Of a stretch of 64,000 bases of DNA, positions 60,353 to 64,000 are shown piece by piece. Where the stretch lies: assembly GCA_965541615.1 (NCBI GenBank), contig CBEUCJ010000001.1, positions 67,754 through 131,753 on the forward strand, read 5' to 3'. How positions within the stretch are numbered: the first letter of the stretch is position 1; every line of letters starts with the position of its first letter. Position numbers and translations under genes: made by a program. A model generated the notes under the pieces. That model saw only the letters and a list, made by a program, of their open reading frames with translations, did no database searches and was not told the DNA's origin. The DNA is from an uncultured bacterium. Lineage in GTDB: Bacteria; Omnitrophota; Gorgyraeia; Duberdicusellales; CBEUCJ01.

Positions 60353-61482
60353 AAAAAGCTGTTTTGTTACTTGAAGATGGATTCTATTTAGAGGGAAAAT
60401 CTTTTGGTTTTAAATCTGAAGCAATAGGTGAAGTAGTCTTTAATACATCTATGACAGGTTATCAAGAAATCTTAACAGATCCTTCTTACAAAGGTCAGAT
60501 AGTTTGCATGACTTACCCTTTAATTGGAAACTATGGGATAAATTCACAAGATACAGAATCTTATAGAATCTGGGTAGAAGGTTTTATAATCAAAGAGAAA
60601 AGTAGGATATTTTCTAATTGGAGAGCAGAAAAATCTTTAGATGAATATCTAAAAGAGAATAAGATTGTAGGAATAGAAGGAGTCGATACCAGGAGTTTAG
60701 TTAAGCATATTAGAGAGAAAGGCTCAATGAAAGGAATAATTTCAGCTATAGATTTTGATAAGGAAAGTTTAATGAAAAAACTAAAAGAATTCCCTTCCAT
60801 TGTAGGAATAGATTTAGTAAAAGAGGTAACTACTCAGAGTATTTTTGAATGGAACCAAGTCTTAGAAGATAAAGAAGAAATAACTCCTCATAAATTCTGT
60901 GTAGTAGTTATAGATTGCGGAGTAAAGTACAGTATTTTGAGGAATTTAAAAAAATATGTAGAAAAGGTGATAGTAGTTCCAGCTTTTACTCCTTTAAGTG
61001 AGATTTTAAAGCTTTCTCCACAAGGGATTTTATTTAGTAATGGTCCAGGAGATCCTGAGCCTGTTAGGTATGTAATAGAGACTGCAAGAGAATTAATCCA
61101 GAGACTGAGAAAAAAAGATTTGAAAATAGCTGTTATGGGAATTTGTTTAGGACATCAGATTTTGGGTTTAGCTTTTGGAGGTAAGACCAAAAAACTTAAA
61201 TTCGGCCACCACGGAGGAAATCACCCAGTTAAAGACTTGAGAACAGGCAAAATAGATATTACTTGTCAAAATCATAATTTTATAGTAGATCCTGAAAGTA
61301 TACCTGATAAAAATTTAGTTCTTACTCATATTAATCTTTATGACAATACTCCTGAAGGTGCAGTTCATAAAGAGTTACCTTTGTTCAGTGTGCAGTTTCA
61401 TCCAGAAGCAGGACCTGGCCCTTTAGATGCAAAGTATATTTTCAAGAATTTTATAAGACTGATCAAAGATTTACATGCCTAA
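60349..61482 (+). CDS. carA: Carbamoyl-phosphate synthase small subunit
   Basis: [35 protein letters not shown]. Confidence 0.98.
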   Translation: MKKAVLLLEDGFYLEGKSFGFKSEAIGEVVFNTSMTGYQEILTDPSYKGQIVCMTYPLIGNYGINSQDTESYRIWVEGFIIKEKSRIFSNWRAEKSLDEYLKENKIVGIEGVDTRSLVKHIREKGSMKGIISAIDFDKESLMKKLKEFPSIVGIDLVKEVTTQSIFEWNQVLEDKEEITPHKFCVVVIDCGVKYSILRNLKKYVEKVIVVPAFTPLSEILKLSPQGILFSNGPGDPEPVRYVIETARELIQRLRKKDLKIAVMGICLGHQILGLAFGGKTKKLKFGHHGGNHPVKDLRTGKIDITCQNHNFIVDPESIPDKNLVLTHINLYDNTPEGAVHKELPLFSVQFHPEAGPGPLDAKYIFKNFIRLIKDLHA

Positions 61483-64000
61483 AAGAAAAGATATTGAAAA
61501 GATCTTAATAATAGGTTCTGGTCCTATAGTAATTAGTCAAGCTTGTGAGTTTGATTATTCAGGTACTCAAGCTTGTAAAGCTTTAAAAGAAGAAGGTTAT
61601 AAAGTTATACTTTTGAATTCTAACCCTGCTACCATAATGACTGATCCTGAATTTGCAGATAGTACTTACATAGAGCCTATTACTCCAGAGATTTTAGAAA
61701 AAATTATTCAAAAAGAAAGACCTGATGCACTATTACCTACTTTAGGAGGGCAGACCGCTTTAAATGTTACTTTTGAATGTGCTAAAAGAGGTGTCTTTAA
61801 AAAATATAAAGTAGAGTTAATAGGAGCAAATGAAACTGCTATTGCTCGTGCTGAAGATAGAGAGTTATTTAAAGAAACTATGATAAAAGCAGGGTTAGAA
61901 GTTCCAAAATCTATAACAGTTAATTCTTTGGAATCTGCAAAAAAAGCTTTAGAAGAAATAGGTTTACCTTGTGTGATAAGACCTGCTTTTACTTTAGGAG
62001 GCACAGGAGGAGGGATAGCTTTTAATAAGGAAGAATTTGAAGAAATAGTTTTGAGAGGTTTAGAACAGAGTTTAATTCATCAAGTTTTAATTGAAGAATC
62101 AGTTTTGGGTTGGAAAGAATTCGAGTTAGAAGTTATGCGTGATAAAAAAGATAATGTGGTGATAATCTGCTCTATTGAGAATTTTGATCCTATGGGTGTC
62201 CATACAGGAGATTCTATTACTGTAGCACCTATTCAGACTTTGACAGATAAAGAATATCAGAAAATGAGAATGCAAGCTATAAGAGCTATCAGAGCTATAG
62301 GAGTAGAGACTGGTGGTAGTAACGTTCAATTTGCACTCAATCCTGAAACAGGCAGGATGGTAATAATTGAGATAAACCCAAGAGTATCAAGGTCTTCAGC
62401 TTTAGCTTCAAAAGCTACAGGTTTCCCCATAGCCAAAATTGCAGCCAAATTAGCAGTAGGATTTACTTTAGATGAGATTCCAAATGATATTACAAAAGAA
62501 ACTCCTGCTGCTTTTGAGCCTACAATAGATTATTGTGTGGTAAAGATACCCAGATTTACTTTTGAGAAATTTCCTGGAGCAGATAACACTCTTACTACAT
62601 CTATGAAATCTGTAGGTGAAGTAATGGCTATAGGAAGGAATTTTAAAGAAGCTTTACAAAAAGGAATAAGAGGATTAGAGCTTCAAAAAGCAGGATTAGA
62701 AAGTATTATTTTTAAAGATCTTTCTTGCAAAAAAATATTTGAAGATTTAAAAGAAGAGGTAAGAATAAAATTAACAAAGCCTACTCCTGAAAGGATCTTT
62801 TACATAGGAGATGCTTTTAGATTAGGTTTTACCATAGAAGAGGTTTCTAAATTAACTAAAATAGATAAATGGTTTCTCGAGAATATAAAAGAAATAATCG
62901 AAGTCGAAGCTAAGATTTTAAAAGAGGCAAAGAATTTGACTTATGAGACTTTGAAAAAAGCAAAAGAAATAGGTTTTTCAGATCTTTATATTTCAAAATT
63001 AACAGGTATTGCAGAAAGAGATGTGAGGAGACTTAGAGAAAATAAAGGTATAAAACCTAAATATAAATTAGTAGATACTTGTGCTGCAGAATTTGAAGCT
63101 TACACTCCTTACTTTTATTCTACATATGAAACTGAAGATGAATCCAGAGTATCTGACAAAAAGAAAGTTATGATTTTAGGAGCAGGTCCTAACCGAATAG
63201 GCCAAGGTATAGAATTTGATTATTGTTGTGTACATTGTGTATTTGCTTTAAGAGAAGAAGGTTTTGAGACTATAATGGTAAATTCTAATCCTGAAACAGT
63301 CTCAACTGATTATGATACCTCAGATAAGTTATTTTTTGAACCTATTACTTTAGAAGATGTTTTAAATATTATAAAAATTCAGAAACCCGTAGGAGTGATC
63401 TTGCAATTTGGAGGTCAAACCCCACTTAACTTAGCTTTAGGATTAAAAAAAGAAGGAGTAAGAATTTTGGGGACTTCAGCTGAGAATATAGATAGAGCTG
63501 AAGATAGAGAAAAATTTAGGAGACTTTTGCATAAATTGAAATTGAAACAACCTGATTCTGAGATAGTCTTTTCTTTAGAATCTGCAAAGAAAGTGGCTTC
63601 CAAATTAGGATTTCCAGTTCTGGTAAGACCTTCTTATGTGTTGGGAGGAAGAGCTATGGAGATTGTGTATGATTTTGAGACTTTAGAAAGATTTATAATA
63701 CAAGCTCAAGAAGCCTCCCCCCATCAAGCTATATTAATAGATAAGTTTTTAGAAGATGCTATTGAAGTAGATGTCGATTTAATAGGTGATGGAGAAACTT
63801 TTGTAATAGGTGGTATATTAGAACATATAGAAGAAGCTGGCATCCATTCAGGAGATAGTGCAATGTGTCTACCTCCTTACAGTTTAGGTACAGAGTTAAT
63901 TGAAAAGATTAGAAGAGCTACTTACTCCTTAGCTCAAGAGTTAAATATTATAGGATTGATGAATGTTCAGTATGCAATAAAAGGAGATGAACTTTATGTA
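61475..64000 (+). CDS. carB: Carbamoyl-phosphate synthase large subunit (3'-truncated by window edge)
   Basis: ATG 61475: [30 protein letters not shown]; [39 protein letters not shown]; open to the window end. Confidence 0.97.
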   Translation, partial: MPKRKDIEKILIIGSGPIVISQACEFDYSGTQACKALKEEGYKVILLNSNPATIMTDPEFADSTYIEPITPEILEKIIQKERPDALLPTLGGQTALNVTFECAKRGVFKKYKVELIGANETAIARAEDRELFKETMIKAGLEVPKSITVNSLESAKKALEEIGLPCVIRPAFTLGGTGGGIAFNKEEFEEIVLRGLEQSLIHQVLIEESVLGWKEFELEVMRDKKDNVVIICSIENFDPMGVHTGDSITVAPIQTLTDKEYQKMRMQAIRAIRAIGVETGGSNVQFALNPETGRMVIIEINPRVSRSSALASKATGFPIAKIAAKLAVGFTLDEIPNDITKETPAAFEPTIDYCVVKIPRFTFEKFPGADNTLTTSMKSVGEVMAIGRNFKEALQKGIRGLELQKAGLESIIFKDLSCKKIFEDLKEEVRIKLTKPTPERIFYIGDAFRLGFTIEEVSKLTKIDKWFLENIKEIIEVEAKILKEAKNLTYETLKKAKEIGFSDLYISKLTGIAERDVRRLRENKGIKPKYKLVDTCAAEFEAYTPYFYSTYETEDESRVSDKKKVMILGAGPNRIGQGIEFDYCCVHCVFALREEGFETIMVNSNPETVSTDYDTSDKLFFEPITLEDVLNIIKIQKPVGVILQFGGQTPLNLALGLKKEGVRILGTSAENIDRAEDREKFRRLLHKLKLKQPDSEIVFSLESAKKVASKLGFPVLVRPSYVLGGRAMEIVYDFETLERFIIQAQEASPHQAILIDKFLEDAIEVDVDLIGDGETFVIGGILEHIEEAGIHSGDSAMCLPPYSLGTELIEKIRRATYSLAQELNIIGLMNVQYAIKGDELYV

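Overview
AT-rich bacterial chromosome segment spanning the replication origin region (dnaA-dnaN-gyrB-gyrA, DnaA boxes on both sides of dnaA). Gene content and amino-acid bias (K/E/I-rich proteins, 2-oxoacid:ferredoxin oxidoreductase, many archaeal-type families, an Omp85 barrel, MEP pathway) suggest an anaerobic, probably thermophilic diderm. A PVC-related lineage such as Omnitrophota is my guess and is not verified. Mostly housekeeping genes: ndk-gmk-rpoZ, thrS-infC-rpmI-rplT-pheST, 6S RNA-rarA-ygfA-rny, dxs, OFOR, gltX, era, glmS, ispH, pyr/car operon and six tRNAs. An accessory zone runs from tRNA-Gln (~18.8 kb) to ~31 kb. Most notable: (1) a 992-aa secreted C45 Ntn-hydrolase + alpha/beta-hydrolase + Omp85 barrel fusion; (2) a DsrE-TusA-sensorless chemoreceptor operon flanked by a 26-bp direct repeat that duplicates the nfi start; (3) a three-gene DUF6941-like/degenerate MNT/HEPN module; (4) a THEP1 NTPase-NnrE fusion; (5) a degenerate GyrA-box; (6) EndoQ with a beta-clamp motif; (7) no switch in gene orientation across oriC. 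All family calls are from motif recognition by eye. No database searches were run.
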